Notes under the pieces: generated by a model
Databases searched by the model: none
What the model was told of the DNA's origin: nothing
Seen by the model: the letters and a program-made list of their open reading frames with translations, nothing else
Translations under genes and position numbers: made by a program
DNA from: a virus
Lineage: Duplodnaviria; Caudoviricetes
Strand: one strand, 5' to 3'
Length of the DNA: 58,437 nt
Virus record (IMG/VR): IMGVR_UViG_3300037336_000026
Location: 1 to 58,437 of that record
Shown here: piece by piece, positions 9,821 to 20,303 of the stretch
How positions within the stretch are numbered: the first letter of the stretch is position 1
Layout: each line of letters starts with the position of its first letter

Positions 9821-10144
9821 ATGGGATTTCTATCACAAGACAATAACAAAGATAGCTTTAAAGTAAAAACAGATGATATTAACTTTAAGCTAGAACAAGA
9901 CGTTGGGGCTTACAAAAATTATGCTACACAACAACGGGAATTAGATGCTGCCTCAAGTGGCGCTAGGACATATAGATCCTTTGCAATCATTCCTGATATC
10001 GTAGCTATTGATATTTTAACTAAATACGGCATTGATGTACACTCTCCCGACTTTATGGGTGATCCTGCGAAAATGCGTAAGTTAAAACAAATCATTGATA
10101 GCGATTATCCTGCATTGAAGACAAGCAATATTAAGACATTATAA
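9821..10144 (+). CDS. hypothetical structural-module protein
   Basis: 107-aa ORF, GAGGA RBS. Confidence 0.7.
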   Translation: MGFLSQDNNKDSFKVKTDDINFKLEQDVGAYKNYATQQRELDAASSGARTYRSFAIIPDIVAIDILTKYGIDVHSPDFMGDPAKMRKLKQIIDSDYPALKTSNIKTL

Positions 10145-10154
10145 GGAATTTATT

Positions 10155-11042
10155 ATGGCAACACCCCTATATGACGCTCTCGTAGCAAAGGTACGGGACT
10201 GGAGTAACAAAAAAGAAGTAGCTACAATCCCTGATAGCGTCATTGAAGATTGCCTAAAGTATTCTGCTGATGAATGTTACAGGGAACTACGTATCCCGCC
10301 TTTAGAGAGTACCGTTACGTACACAGTTACGGCAGGTAACAACTCAACGGATAGTCGTATCACTGAAATTGAAATACCCTTCAACTTGACAGAATTTATT
10401 CATGTCAGAAAATTACCCTCAAATAACCAATCAAGCTACGAATCTGAAGTATTTAGTCAGGTCAGTAATAGCATATCATTTCTAGATAGCTATACAGAAA
10501 ATTATGCTGGTTATAGCTACATGTGGTTAGATGGTAAAATAAAAATACAACCTCAACTCTCAGTTGATGATGTAGTAGAAATATCTTACTACCGTAGACT
10601 TCCAGATTTGAATGCAACATACAGAGTTATTGCTGCTAACTATTATATTAGCTCTACTGATGAAGCGCAACTATACCTAGAATTAGTTGCTAGCGGAGGT
10701 AGTAACCTTTATTTTGCAGGTACAGGAAGTACCTTAGTAGTCCTTGACAGCTATGATGCCGCATCTCTTTACGATATAAGTTTAGGTAATGATGGGTCTA
10801 ACGTAACAACTAAACAATACATAGGTAAAGAATCCTCTAACTGGTTAAGAGACAGTAATGAAAGACTCTTAATCTGGGGTTCATTGTATAATGTAGGGGC
10901 ATATCTCTTTGATGAAGGTATGGAATCTCGTTACGCAAGAAAATTCAAAGAAAACATCGACAGCCTAAATAGAGCAGAGCAAATGCGCAGAGCCAAAGGT
11001 GGTGTTCTTAGGACAGTTGTAAGTACTAATGGTCTCATCTAA
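10155..11042 (+). CDS. putative head-tail adaptor / tail tubular protein
   Basis: position; RELRIPPLE and SNWLRD...LIWGSL motifs typical of podoviral adaptors. Confidence 0.65.
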   Translation: MATPLYDALVAKVRDWSNKKEVATIPDSVIEDCLKYSADECYRELRIPPLESTVTYTVTAGNNSTDSRITEIEIPFNLTEFIHVRKLPSNNQSSYESEVFSQVSNSISFLDSYTENYAGYSYMWLDGKIKIQPQLSVDDVVEISYYRRLPDLNATYRVIAANYYISSTDEAQLYLELVASGGSNLYFAGTGSTLVVLDSYDAASLYDISLGNDGSNVTTKQYIGKESSNWLRDSNERLLIWGSLYNVGAYLFDEGMESRYARKFKENIDSLNRAEQMRRAKGGVLRTVVSTNGLI

Positions 11043-11052
11043 GGAGAAATAA

Positions 11053-14000
11053 ATGGCATATAATCAAACAACAGGCATCACAAGTGATAGCCCTGATGGT
11101 GGAGCATTTGATGAGAGATCATCAAGTTCAATTACCTCCACAAACCAAGCTAGAGATATCTTGGATGCTGCAGCATTACAAGCAGCTTTATCTGCTGAAT
11201 CTGCTACCGATAGCGCTGCTAGTGCTACTGCTGCGGGTATAAGTGAAAGCAATGCTAGTATTAGCGAGGTTAATTCAGCTAGTGATGTAATTTCGGCTGC
11301 AAATTCAGCTACAGAATCAGATGAATCAGCTGCTGCTGCTTTATTATCTGAGAATGCTGCCTCTAATAGCGAAACTAATTCTACTAATAGTGCTACTGCT
11401 GCCTCTATTTCTGAAGGTAACTCTGCTAACAGTGCAATTTCTGCAGCCACCTCTGCAACTGCATCAGCTAATTCAGCTACTAACAGTTCTAACAGCGCCA
11501 CTGCATCAGCTACTAATGCGACTAACAGCGCCAACAGCGCCACTACATCAGCCTCTAGCGCTACTAATGCAGCATCTAGTGCTTCTAGCGCACAAACGGC
11601 TCAAACAGCCGCTGAAACCGCTGAAACTAATGCAGCTATTTTAGCCTCAAACGCAGCCTCTAGTGCTTCTAATGCCGCTTCTAGCGTGTCTACGGCTACT
11701 ACTCAGGCTACTAATGCAGCCTCTAGCGCTTCTTCTGCTGCTACTAGTGCAACAGACTCTGCTTCTTCCGCCTCTACTTCTGCTTCTAACGCTTCTGGTG
11801 CATCTACCTCAGCAACCAATGCTGGAACAAGTGAGACCAATGCGGCTACCAGCGCTTCTGCATCTGCTAATAGTGCTTCTAACGCTGCATCTAGCGCTGC
11901 ATCTGCTGCCAGCGCCTTAGATTCTTTTGATGATCGTTACTTAGGTGCTAAGTCTTCTGCACCTACATTGGATAATGATGGTGATGCTCTTGTTACTGGT
12001 GCTTTGTATTATGACACTACTGAAACAGGAATGTTTGTATATGATGGCTCTCAATGGTTAGTGGCTTCATCAGCTACTCAAGCTATTTTAACCGTTTATA
12101 ATTACACAGCAACTTCAGGTCAAACAACCTTTTCAGGTGTTGATGATAATACAGCTACTTTAACTTATGTGTCTGGTTCTATCATTGTTACTTTAAATGG
12201 TATTTTCCTTGAGGATAATGCTGATTATACTGCAACGAGTGGTACCTCTGTTACGCTTACAACTGGTGCTAACTCAAATGATGAGTTAAACGTTTATGCT
12301 TATAACACGTTTGATTCTGTAAACGTGTATGCTTTAGGCGACACGAGATACTTTCAGCTATCAAGTACAAATGAAGATATCTCAGTAAATTCTATTACAG
12401 CTACTGGCGGTGTCATCAACGGCACAACCATAGGCGCTTCCACGCCATCCACAGGTGCATTCACCTCGCTCAGTACGTCAGGTGTGAACAACTTGGCGGG
12501 GCTAACCGCCTCCACAGCCTTAGCCCTTGATGTCAGCAAGAACGTTGTCAGTGTCGCCAACACTGGCACAGGCAGCAACGTCTTAAACACAAGCCCAACC
12601 CTAGTCACTCCTGCATTAGGTACCCCTAGCAGCGGTGTAGTCACAAACTTGACAGGTACAGCCTCGATAAATATCAACGGCACAGTAGGCGCAAGTACAC
12701 CTGCGGCTGGTGCGTTCACTACGCTGTCGGCATCAGGAACCTCTACGCTGGCTGCTGTGAATGCGAGTGGTGCGATAACCGGAAACAAAACTCTCTCCGC
12801 ATTGGGTGATGCCGCGTTCCTTGCAAGTTCAACTGCCCCATCATACCGGTGGCACATCAGTAGCGGTGGGGTAACTGCCGACCGAAACATCTATGAGATG
12901 CGGGCTTACAACGCAGGGGGCACCGATCACGCTCTCCAGATTAGAACAGTAAACGATGCTAATACTACCGTAAAAACCATTGCATTATTCTCTGACACCT
13001 ACGGCCTAGCAGTAACCGGAGCTATCTCGGCTAGTGACACGATGACATCCACTAAAAGCGGTTTGTTGTTTAATAAAAATGCGGCTAGTACAGGCCCAGA
13101 ATACTTCAATATTCAAAACAATGGTGGGAGAACTATATTTGGTGTAGAAGGTAACGTATCTGGCGGCTTAATTACAGGGAGCACTCCCTATGCCTCGGTG
13201 TTTCACACTGTTACTGCCACGCCAATTCACTTCGGCGTACAAGGTGCGATAAAAGCGACCTTATCCTCCACCGGCCTAGCAGTAACCGGAGCTATCTCAG
13301 CAAACTCAGCAGCCGCCACAGCACCGTTTATTGCCAGTATTAATGGTGGTGAGAAGATGCGGGTGGATAGTGTTGGGAATGTAGGGATTGGGACGAGTAG
13401 TCCTACTAGTAAGTTAGATGTTTCATTTGGCGCGTCCGGTATAAACAACGGGGTATCTGCCCTAACCAATGTAAGCCAGTTGAGTGGTGCCAGAACCACC
13501 ATCCATAATCAAGATAGCGGTGGTACAGGTAACAAGGTGGGGTTGTTCTTTAATCACGCCGGCGACGGCGGTCTTAACGCGGGCATCGTAAGCACAAAAT
13601 CAAGTGGCACATGGGATACTTCTTTAGGCTTCTATGTAAATAATATAACAGGTGTAAATGTAGGTGATGTTCAACTTGCAGCTACTATCGCAAGTAACGG
13701 TAACGTAGGGATTGGAAATCCAACTCCAATTGTTAAACTAGACGTAGATGACACAAGCACAAATAAATTAACTATTATTTCACGATCTGCTAGCGCAAAC
13801 GTTGCTGGAGCTTGGGGTGGTATTGGATTTTCAGGTGAAGTTTCTAATACAAAAGCTGCAATACTATTTAGGAGTCTAGGAACCTCATACGCTAGGGGAG
13901 ACATTCTTTTTGCAATAAATAGCGTAGCTGACCAAACGAGCGCTACCCCAAGCAACACTATAGCCACCATCTCCTCCACAGGCATAGCAGTAACCGGAGC

Positions 14001-14646
14001 TATAAGTGCTACGAAAGCCACAGGAAGCTCATTAGACCTGCGCTCTGGTGCTGCTGGTAACTACACGCAGATGTCAATCGGTCGCACTGCATCAGAGTGG
14101 GAGCTTGGTATAGCGGGTGGAACCAATCAGATCGTCGGTGGCACTGTTGCTGGCGACCTTGTATTAGGAACAGCGCTTGGAACCGCTAGACTGTTGTTCG
14201 CTCCTTCTGGTGGGGGAGCATCGGGGGCTATCCTATCTTCAACAGGAATATACGTTGCTAGTGGAGTAGCCTTCCCCGCCACTCAGGTAGCCAGTGCTAA
14301 TGCCAACACGCTGGATGACTATGAGGAGGGGACTTGGACACCAAATCAGGGTTCGGGGTTAACATTGGTTGGCACGTTTACGTCGAGTGGAATATACACC
14401 AAAATAGGGCGTATTGTTACGGTTCAAGGGTATGTTGGTGGCACTACAACAGCATCGGTACCGGGTGCTGGAATTTTGTGTACCAACCTTCCATTCACAA
14501 GCACAGTATGGCAACCGGGAAGTGTAATCAATTGGACGGCTACTGAAGGGGGCAATTGCTCATCACCGAGTGGGACTACGACTTTGTACTCAACAGAAAT
14601 AGCAGCGACCCTCAGAATTAGTTTCACTGTTAGCTACACCGTTTAA
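11053..14646 (+). CDS. tail fiber protein 1
   Basis: Ala/Ser/Thr-rich coiled region, FDDRYLG motif, GNVGIGTSSP repeats, C-terminal LDDYEEGTWTP domain. Confidence 0.9.
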   Translation: MAYNQTTGITSDSPDGGAFDERSSSSITSTNQARDILDAAALQAALSAESATDSAASATAAGISESNASISEVNSASDVISAANSATESDESAAAALLSENAASNSETNSTNSATAASISEGNSANSAISAATSATASANSATNSSNSATASATNATNSANSATTSASSATNAASSASSAQTAQTAAETAETNAAILASNAASSASNAASSVSTATTQATNAASSASSAATSATDSASSASTSASNASGASTSATNAGTSETNAATSASASANSASNAASSAASAASALDSFDDRYLGAKSSAPTLDNDGDALVTGALYYDTTETGMFVYDGSQWLVASSATQAILTVYNYTATSGQTTFSGVDDNTATLTYVSGSIIVTLNGIFLEDNADYTATSGTSVTLTTGANSNDELNVYAYNTFDSVNVYALGDTRYFQLSSTNEDISVNSITATGGVINGTTIGASTPSTGAFTSLSTSGVNNLAGLTASTALALDVSKNVVSVANTGTGSNVLNTSPTLVTPALGTPSSGVVTNLTGTASININGTVGASTPAAGAFTTLSASGTSTLAAVNASGAITGNKTLSALGDAAFLASSTAPSYRWHISSGGVTADRNIYEMRAYNAGGTDHALQIRTVNDANTTVKTIALFSDTYGLAVTGAISASDTMTSTKSGLLFNKNAASTGPEYFNIQNNGGRTIFGVEGNVSGGLITGSTPYASVFHTVTATPIHFGVQGAIKATLSSTGLAVTGAISANSAAATAPFIASINGGEKMRVDSVGNVGIGTSSPTSKLDVSFGASGINNGVSALTNVSQLSGARTTIHNQDSGGTGNKVGLFFNHAGDGGLNAGIVSTKSSGTWDTSLGFYVNNITGVNVGDVQLAATIASNGNVGIGNPTPIVKLDVDDTSTNKLTIISRSASANVAGAWGGIGFSGEVSNTKAAILFRSLGTSYARGDILFAINSVADQTSATPSNTIATISSTGIAVTGAISATKATGSSLDLRSGAAGNYTQMSIGRTASEWELGIAGGTNQIVGGTVAGDLVLGTALGTARLLFAPSGGGASGAILSSTGIYVASGVAFPATQVASANANTLDDYEEGTWTPNQGSGLTLVGTFTSSGIYTKIGRIVTVQGYVGGTTTASVPGAGILCTNLPFTSTVWQPGSVINWTATEGGNCSSPSGTTTLYSTEIAATLRISFTVSYTV

Positions 14647-14702
14647 TTAACTACTTCGGATAACTAAAGTAGTCAGACCACATTAACTAAAAGGAAAATA
14701 TC

Positions 14703-14972
14703 ATGACAATCACAAAACAAATAGTCGTTGACCAAACCACAGTAACTGAGAATGGCACAGTTCTCTATCGCGAAGCAACTCGCATCATTGAGGACGGTGT
14801 TCAACTGACGCAGACTTACCACCGTTCAAGCCTGACACCGAGTCAAGACCTCACAGGCGTTCCGGCCAATGTTGTGGCTATCTGTAATGCGGCATGGACT
14901 GCTGAAGTCATCGCAGCATACGAGGAGGCACAAGCTGCTGCAGCCGCTGAACGTCAAAACCAAGGAGCTTAA
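14703..14972 (+). CDS. tail fiber-associated small protein
   Basis: 89 aa, follows the fiber gene, good RBS. Confidence 0.7.
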   Translation: MTITKQIVVDQTTVTENGTVLYREATRIIEDGVQLTQTYHRSSLTPSQDLTGVPANVVAICNAAWTAEVIAAYEEAQAAAAAERQNQGA

Positions 14973-14973
14973 A

Positions 14974-15264
14974 ATGACAACATGGAATATTGCACAACTC
15001 GAGCGCCGCACATCTGACGGCTTTGTAACTACCGCGCACTGGACTTGCTCTGATGTTGATGGTGAGTTTAGTAACAACACATACGGCTCTATCGGACTAG
15101 AGGGTGTTGTAACAACAGCTTACGAAGACATCACTGAAGATCAAGCAATTGGCTGGGTTAAATCAGCGATGGGTAAAGAAACTGTTGCAGCTACTGAAGC
15201 ATCGGTGGCAACTCAGATTGAAGCTCAAAAGAACCCTGTGGCGGCCTCCGGTACGCCTTGGTAA
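14974..15264 (+). CDS. tail fiber-associated small protein
   Basis: MTTWNIAQLERRTSDGFV...GTPW; AAGGAG RBS. Confidence 0.7.
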   Translation: MTTWNIAQLERRTSDGFVTTAHWTCSDVDGEFSNNTYGSIGLEGVVTTAYEDITEDQAIGWVKSAMGKETVAATEASVATQIEAQKNPVAASGTPW

Positions 15265-15281
15265 ATTAAAGGAATATAAAT

Positions 15282-18044
15282 ATGACTAAAGCAAGAGACT
15301 TAGCAAACATCATCTCCGCAGGAGGAGTTCTTGCTGATGGTGTCGTAAACATATCAGAGGTGGTGGTTGCTGACAATGCCATCAGCGGCGACAAGGTTGA
15401 GGGCGGCACTATTAACGCCATCACGATTAACACGTTGACTAGTGGCATTGTTGATATTAACGGGGGTGCTGTAGACGGCACAAGCGTAGGTGCTTCTACA
15501 CCATCCACAGGTGCATTTACCACGCTGTCGGCATCAGGAACCTCTACGCTGGCTGCTGTGAACTCTGGGGCGTTGGCAGTAACCGGAGCTATCTCAGCCA
15601 CGACAACAATCAACGGCGCACTCAACGGCACACTGGGCGCAACCACACCTGCTGCTGTGACGGCTACTACGGTTACGGCTAGTGGGAATGTAGTATTAGG
15701 CAATGCTTCTACAGATACGCTTAATGTTGGTGCTGGAGGTTTAGTTAAGGACGCCTCCGGGTTTGTGGGTGTCGGCACTGCCAGCCCTACCAGTGTGCTT
15801 CAACTAGGCGATGCAACTGTAAATAGTTCGAACATAATGTTGTTTGGTAAATCAGAAGATTCGACAGAAAACAATTTACCTTCTATACGAAATGCAAGCC
15901 AATTGTCTGTGGGGGCAGGGAATGACCTAGTTTTAGCGGCAACATCGGGTACTGGGGGTATAGTTTTATATACGGGTGCTACTAGTGGCGGTTCTTTAGG
16001 TGTGCTAGGAACTAGCAGCAGCAGGGCTAGGTTGACTATTGACGCAGCAGGGCTGACATCCATAAAAGCCGGCCTAGCAGTAACCGGAGCTATCTCCTCC
16101 ACAACCGACGCAACCCTGTCAGGCTTAACAGTAGGCCGTGGCGCAGGTGCTGTGGTTACCAATACTGCGGTGGGTTCGGGTGCTCTGAACGCCAACACCA
16201 CAGGCTACAGCAATACAGCCAACGGGTTTGAAGCACTCCTCAGCAACACCACGGGTAACAGCAACACAGCCAGCGGGTTGTACGCACTCCTCAGCAACAC
16301 CACAGGCTACAGCAACACAGCCAGCGGCCGGAGCGCACTTCAGAACAACACCACAGGCACTCAAAATACAGCCAGCGGGAAGGACGCACTTCAGAACAAC
16401 ACCACAGGCACTCAAAATACAGCCAGCGGGTTTCAAGCACTCCGCTTCAACACCACCGCCTCTAGCAACACAGCAGTGGGGTATCAAGCACTCTACGCCA
16501 ACACCATAGGCGGCAGTAATACAGCTAGTGGTGTGAGCGCACTTCAGTCCAACACCACGGGCTACAGCAATACAGCCAGCGGGTTTCAAGCACTCCTCAG
16601 CAACACCACAGGCTACAGCAACACAGCCACCGGCCGGGACGCACTCAACGCCAACACCACGGGCGTCAACAACACAGCCACCGGCCGGGACGCACTCTAC
16701 AGCAACACCACAGGCGTCAACAACACAGCTAATGGGGTGAGCGCACTCTACAGCAACACCACAGGAGCTAACAACACGGCTAGCGGGCAGAGCGCACTCT
16801 ACAGCAACACTACAGGCAACAACAACACAGCCAGCGGGTATCAAGCGCTCCTCAGCAACACCACGGGCTACAACAACACAGCCAGCGGCCGGGGCGCACT
16901 CACCTCCAACACCACGGGCAACAGCAACGCAGCCCACGGGCTGGCCGCACTCCGCGACAACACCACAGGCAACTACAACACAGCCAGCGGAGTGAGCGCA
17001 CTCCAAGCCAACACCACGGGCGTTCAGAATACCGCTAGCGGGTATCAAGCACTTTTCAACAACACCACAGGCAACAACAATTCAGCTAGTGGGTTTCAAG
17101 CACTCGTCAGCAACACCACGGGCAGCAGCAACACGGCCAGCGGGTATGAAGCGCTCCGCAGCAACACCACCGCCTCCAACAACACAGCAGTGGGTTATCA
17201 GGCTAGTTACTCAAGCACAACAGGCACACAGAACACAACCTTGGGGTATAGGGCTGGGTACTCAAACAACGCAAACAATAACACCTTTATTGGTGAGCGT
17301 TCTGGCTACAACAATACGACTGGGGCCCAAAACACGTTCCTTGGGCAGTATTCTGGCTACGGCGCAACCAGTGGAATTTTCAACACGTTTATTGGTGACG
17401 CTTCTGGTAGCGCAATTACCACAGGCTCCAAGAACACCATCCTCGGGGTCTACAACGGCAACCAAGGTGGCCTAGACATTCGCACTTCCAGCAACTACAT
17501 CGTGCTGTCGGATGGGGACGGTAACCCACGGGGCATTTTTAACGCGGGTGATTTTTTGGTGGCGTGCACATCCAACCCATCGGCTTCCGTTGCAGGAACT
17601 TTAATAGGCAATAGCGGCCCCGGTGGTCGTATTATTTTGGCAAACACAATAACAGCAACCTACCAAGGTGTTATTTCTTTTATCAATGGAAACGGAACTG
17701 TTGGCGAGATTAACACCAGTGGGTCATCTACTGCGTATGTCACATCATCTGACTATCGCCTGAAGAACACCATCGCCCCCATGACTGGCGCTTTAGCAAA
17801 AGTGGGATTACTCAAGCCTTGCACCTACAAATGGAACGCAGACGGCTCAGATGGTGAAGGCTTCATCGCCCACGAACTCGCTGAATTTGTGCCGCAGTGC
17901 GTGAGTGGCGAAAAAGACGCTGTGGACGCTAACGGCAAGCCTAAGTATCAAGGCATCGACACCAGCTTCTTGGTCGCCACCCTTACAGCAGCTATCCAAG
18001 AACTCAAAGCCGAGTTTGACGAATACAAATCAACCCACCCTTAA
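15282..18044 (+). CDS. tail fiber protein 2 with C-terminal intramolecular chaperone (peptidase S74-like)
   Basis: MTKARDLA N-terminus, 14-aa tandem repeats, SDYRLKN...GFIAHE...AIQELK. Confidence 0.9.
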   Translation: MTKARDLANIISAGGVLADGVVNISEVVVADNAISGDKVEGGTINAITINTLTSGIVDINGGAVDGTSVGASTPSTGAFTTLSASGTSTLAAVNSGALAVTGAISATTTINGALNGTLGATTPAAVTATTVTASGNVVLGNASTDTLNVGAGGLVKDASGFVGVGTASPTSVLQLGDATVNSSNIMLFGKSEDSTENNLPSIRNASQLSVGAGNDLVLAATSGTGGIVLYTGATSGGSLGVLGTSSSRARLTIDAAGLTSIKAGLAVTGAISSTTDATLSGLTVGRGAGAVVTNTAVGSGALNANTTGYSNTANGFEALLSNTTGNSNTASGLYALLSNTTGYSNTASGRSALQNNTTGTQNTASGKDALQNNTTGTQNTASGFQALRFNTTASSNTAVGYQALYANTIGGSNTASGVSALQSNTTGYSNTASGFQALLSNTTGYSNTATGRDALNANTTGVNNTATGRDALYSNTTGVNNTANGVSALYSNTTGANNTASGQSALYSNTTGNNNTASGYQALLSNTTGYNNTASGRGALTSNTTGNSNAAHGLAALRDNTTGNYNTASGVSALQANTTGVQNTASGYQALFNNTTGNNNSASGFQALVSNTTGSSNTASGYEALRSNTTASNNTAVGYQASYSSTTGTQNTTLGYRAGYSNNANNNTFIGERSGYNNTTGAQNTFLGQYSGYGATSGIFNTFIGDASGSAITTGSKNTILGVYNGNQGGLDIRTSSNYIVLSDGDGNPRGIFNAGDFLVACTSNPSASVAGTLIGNSGPGGRIILANTITATYQGVISFINGNGTVGEINTSGSSTAYVTSSDYRLKNTIAPMTGALAKVGLLKPCTYKWNADGSDGEGFIAHELAEFVPQCVSGEKDAVDANGKPKYQGIDTSFLVATLTAAIQELKAEFDEYKSTHP
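16160..17430 (+). repeat. 42-bp/14-aa coding tandem repeat (NTTGxxNTASGxxAL), more than 20 units, degenerate at the 3' end
   Basis: visible periodicity in DNA and protein. Confidence 0.9.
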
Positions 18045-18056
18045 AAGGAAACTAAA

Positions 18057-18272
18057 ATGAACGACACTATCGAAACCACAGCAGAAAAAATCGCCCGCCA
18101 CTACTCGGCAACAATGGACTCCGTAAACCTCATCAACGCTGGTCAGCCTGAGGGCATGACTGACGAAGACTGGGCTGACACAGTATCACGCAACGTAGAG
18201 CATTTGCAGATTATGCTCGCCAAAGACTTCTGGACAACGGAAGATTTAACTCCGCTACAAGCTGTAGCTTAA
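18057..18272 (+). CDS. fiber-associated small protein
   Basis: 71 aa, RNVEHL..MLAKDFWT. Confidence 0.7.
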   Translation: MNDTIETTAEKIARHYSATMDSVNLINAGQPEGMTDEDWADTVSRNVEHLQIMLAKDFWTTEDLTPLQAVA

Positions 18273-18283
18273 CATAAAGGAAA

Positions 18284-18520
18284 ATGATAATGGCAAACAA
18301 ACAACCCCAAGTCATCACAATCGACGAAGTAGAACACAACGTAGACGATCTATCTGAAAAACAAGTGATGTTAGTAAACCATGTTACCGATCTCGACCGC
18401 AAGATTGGCTCAACTATGTTTCAACTAGATCAATTGCGAGTAGGTAGGGATGCTTTTATGCAGCTTCTAAAGCAGGAGTTGGAAACACCTACAGCAAATA
18501 TAGTTGAAAATGAACAATGA
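18284..18520 (+). CDS. hypothetical coiled-coil protein
   Basis: 78-aa ORF with RBS. Confidence 0.7.
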   Translation: MIMANKQPQVITIDEVEHNVDDLSEKQVMLVNHVTDLDRKIGSTMFQLDQLRVGRDAFMQLLKQELETPTANIVENEQ

Positions 18521-18740
18521 AGATGTAACACATAAAGAAATATACGAGCGCCTAATAGAGGTGGAAGCTAAAGTAGATAAACTGTCCCAAGATAGTGAAC
18601 AAGTAGTTGCGGCTTTTAATGCAGCCCAAGGAGCCTTCACTGTTTTAGGGTGGTTAGCTTCAGTAGCCAAACCTTTGTTATGGATTGCAGGTGTTGTCAC
18701 CGCTTTCTCTTTTATGATCAGTGAATATAGGATAAAGTAA
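18504..18740 (+). CDS. membrane protein (holin-like candidate)
   Basis: coiled coil plus C-terminal TM segment, in the lysis cluster. Confidence 0.55.
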   Translation: MKMNNEDVTHKEIYERLIEVEAKVDKLSQDSEQVVAAFNAAQGAFTVLGWLASVAKPLLWIAGVVTAFSFMISEYRIK

Positions 18741-19183
18741 TGATTGCTGAACTTGCTATTGCTAACGCAGCCTTTGGGGTAATCAAAGAAACAATTGCTA
18801 ATGGTGGTGACATCATAGCTGCAGGACAACACCTGTTCAAATTCTTTGATTCAAAAGCAGAGATATCAAAGAAAGCTAATAAGTCAGGTTCTGATTCAGA
18901 AGCTTTCTTTGCTCTTGAAACAATTAAACAAAACGAAGCTCAATTAAAAGAACTATTTATTTACCAAGGTCGTCCTGGATTATGGGATGACTGGTTGCAA
19001 TTTCAATCAGATGCTAAACGTAAACGTGAAGCAGATGCTAGAGCAATTGTTTTAGTTGCTCTCAAACGTAAAGAAAAAATCTGGGCATGGATCAACGGTA
19101 TTCTTATTACTATCAGTGTATTAACTGGTGTAGCTGTTATCATTGGTCTTATCTGGGTTATTGTTAATAAAGGAAATATATAA
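18740..19183 (+). CDS. membrane-anchored hypothetical protein
   Basis: 147 aa with C-terminal TM segment. Confidence 0.7.
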   Translation: MIAELAIANAAFGVIKETIANGGDIIAAGQHLFKFFDSKAEISKKANKSGSDSEAFFALETIKQNEAQLKELFIYQGRPGLWDDWLQFQSDAKRKREADARAIVLVALKRKEKIWAWINGILITISVLTGVAVIIGLIWVIVNKGNI

Positions 19184-19617
19184 TGATTCCAATTTTAGGA
19201 AGTCTAATTGAAATTGGGGGAACTTGGCTTAAAGGTAAACAAGAAGAAACCAAAGCAAAGGGTGAGGCTAAGTTAGTTGAAATCACAGCTGAGTCTGATA
19301 TTAAAAAAGCTAAAGCAATTGCAGCTATTCATGCAGCAAACTCAGGACAACAACAAGATTTTGATTTAGATAGAATTGCCATGGAACAAATGGGTAAGAG
19401 CTGGAAAGATGAACTAGTATTAATAATATTTCTAGCCCCAATGGTTATGGCTTTTATTCCGGGAATGGATAAGTATTCCCTAGCTGGCTTTGAAGTAATT
19501 CAAAAGATGCCTGAATGGTATCAGTATATTATTATCGGTATGGTAGTAGTCATTTATGGTATGCGTGGTATGGTCAAGCAAATAGTCAGCAATAAACTGA
19601 GCGTTAAAAAGGATTAA
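19183..19617 (+). CDS. holin-like membrane protein
   Basis: SWKDE motif, two TM segments, MPEWYQY, upstream of the endolysin. Confidence 0.65.
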   Translation: MIPILGSLIEIGGTWLKGKQEETKAKGEAKLVEITAESDIKKAKAIAAIHAANSGQQQDFDLDRIAMEQMGKSWKDELVLIIFLAPMVMAFIPGMDKYSLAGFEVIQKMPEWYQYIIIGMVVVIYGMRGMVKQIVSNKLSVKKD

Positions 19618-19621
19618 CACA

Positions 19622-19819
19622 ATGTTTTTACCCATAGTATTTTATTGTTTAACTAATGGTGTTTGTATGTTTAGTCAAGGTGTTGTTTCAACTGAGCTAC
19701 AAGCATGTATATTACAAAATGAACAGTTAACTATAAGATTTAAAGAAGAAGTAATGGTCAGCGCTTTTCAAACTGACTGTATTGATTTAACTAAACCTAG
19801 AAAGGTTGATAACATCTAA
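19622..19819 (+). CDS. hypothetical protein
   Basis: 65-aa Cys-containing ORF coupled to the endolysin start. Confidence 0.55.
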   Translation: MFLPIVFYCLTNGVCMFSQGVVSTELQACILQNEQLTIRFKEEVMVSAFQTDCIDLTKPRKVDNI

Positions 19820-20280
19820 TGAAACTAAGTAAGAATTTTAGTTTAGAAGAATTAACAAAATCAGATCTAGCAATTAGATTATGTGTTGATAACACACCTA
19901 ATGCAACAGTAACAGCTAATCTTCAAGAGTTAGTTGATAATATATTACAACCATTGAGAGACAAGTTTGGCCCAGTAATTATCTCAAGCGGGTATCGTAG
20001 TCCAGAAGTTAACTCAAAAGTAGGTGGCAGCAAAACAAGCCATCATTGCTTTGGTTATGCAGCTGACATCGAAATCCCCGGAATGGATAACCAAGAGCTA
20101 GCACTATACATAAGAGATAACTTTAAGTTTACCCAGTTGATACTAGAGTTCTATAGGTCTGGAGTACCCGACAGCGGTTGGGTGCATATAGCTTTTAACA
20201 TACATGATCTAAAAGGTCAAGAGTTAACAGCAGTAAAAGAGTCCGGTAGAACACAATACAAGTCTGGCATCGTAGCCTGA
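19819..20280 (+). CDS. endolysin, peptidase M15A family
   Basis: LSKNFSLEEL, SSGYRS, SHHCFGYAADI, WVHI zinc motifs. Confidence 0.9.
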   Translation: MKLSKNFSLEELTKSDLAIRLCVDNTPNATVTANLQELVDNILQPLRDKFGPVIISSGYRSPEVNSKVGGSKTSHHCFGYAADIEIPGMDNQELALYIRDNFKFTQLILEFYRSGVPDSGWVHIAFNIHDLKGQELTAVKESGRTQYKSGIVA

Positions 20281-20295
20281 GGCGGTACCTAATAG
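20280..20295 (+). promoter_or_regulatory. phage RNAP promoter-like motif upstream of phoH/tail operon
   Basis: AGGCGGTACCTAATAG, exact consensus, intergenic. Confidence 0.8.
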
Positions 20296-20303
20296 GGAAT
20301 ATC

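Noticed and set aside
16125-17048. 307-aa Cys/Val-rich ORF on the - strand
   Set aside because: Antisense shadow of the 42-bp fiber repeat; no RBS and wrong strand for the module
11053-18044. diversity-generating retroelement or invertible fiber cassette
   Set aside because: No reverse transcriptase or recombinase ORF; shared repeats are direct and show no adenine-specific mismatch pattern
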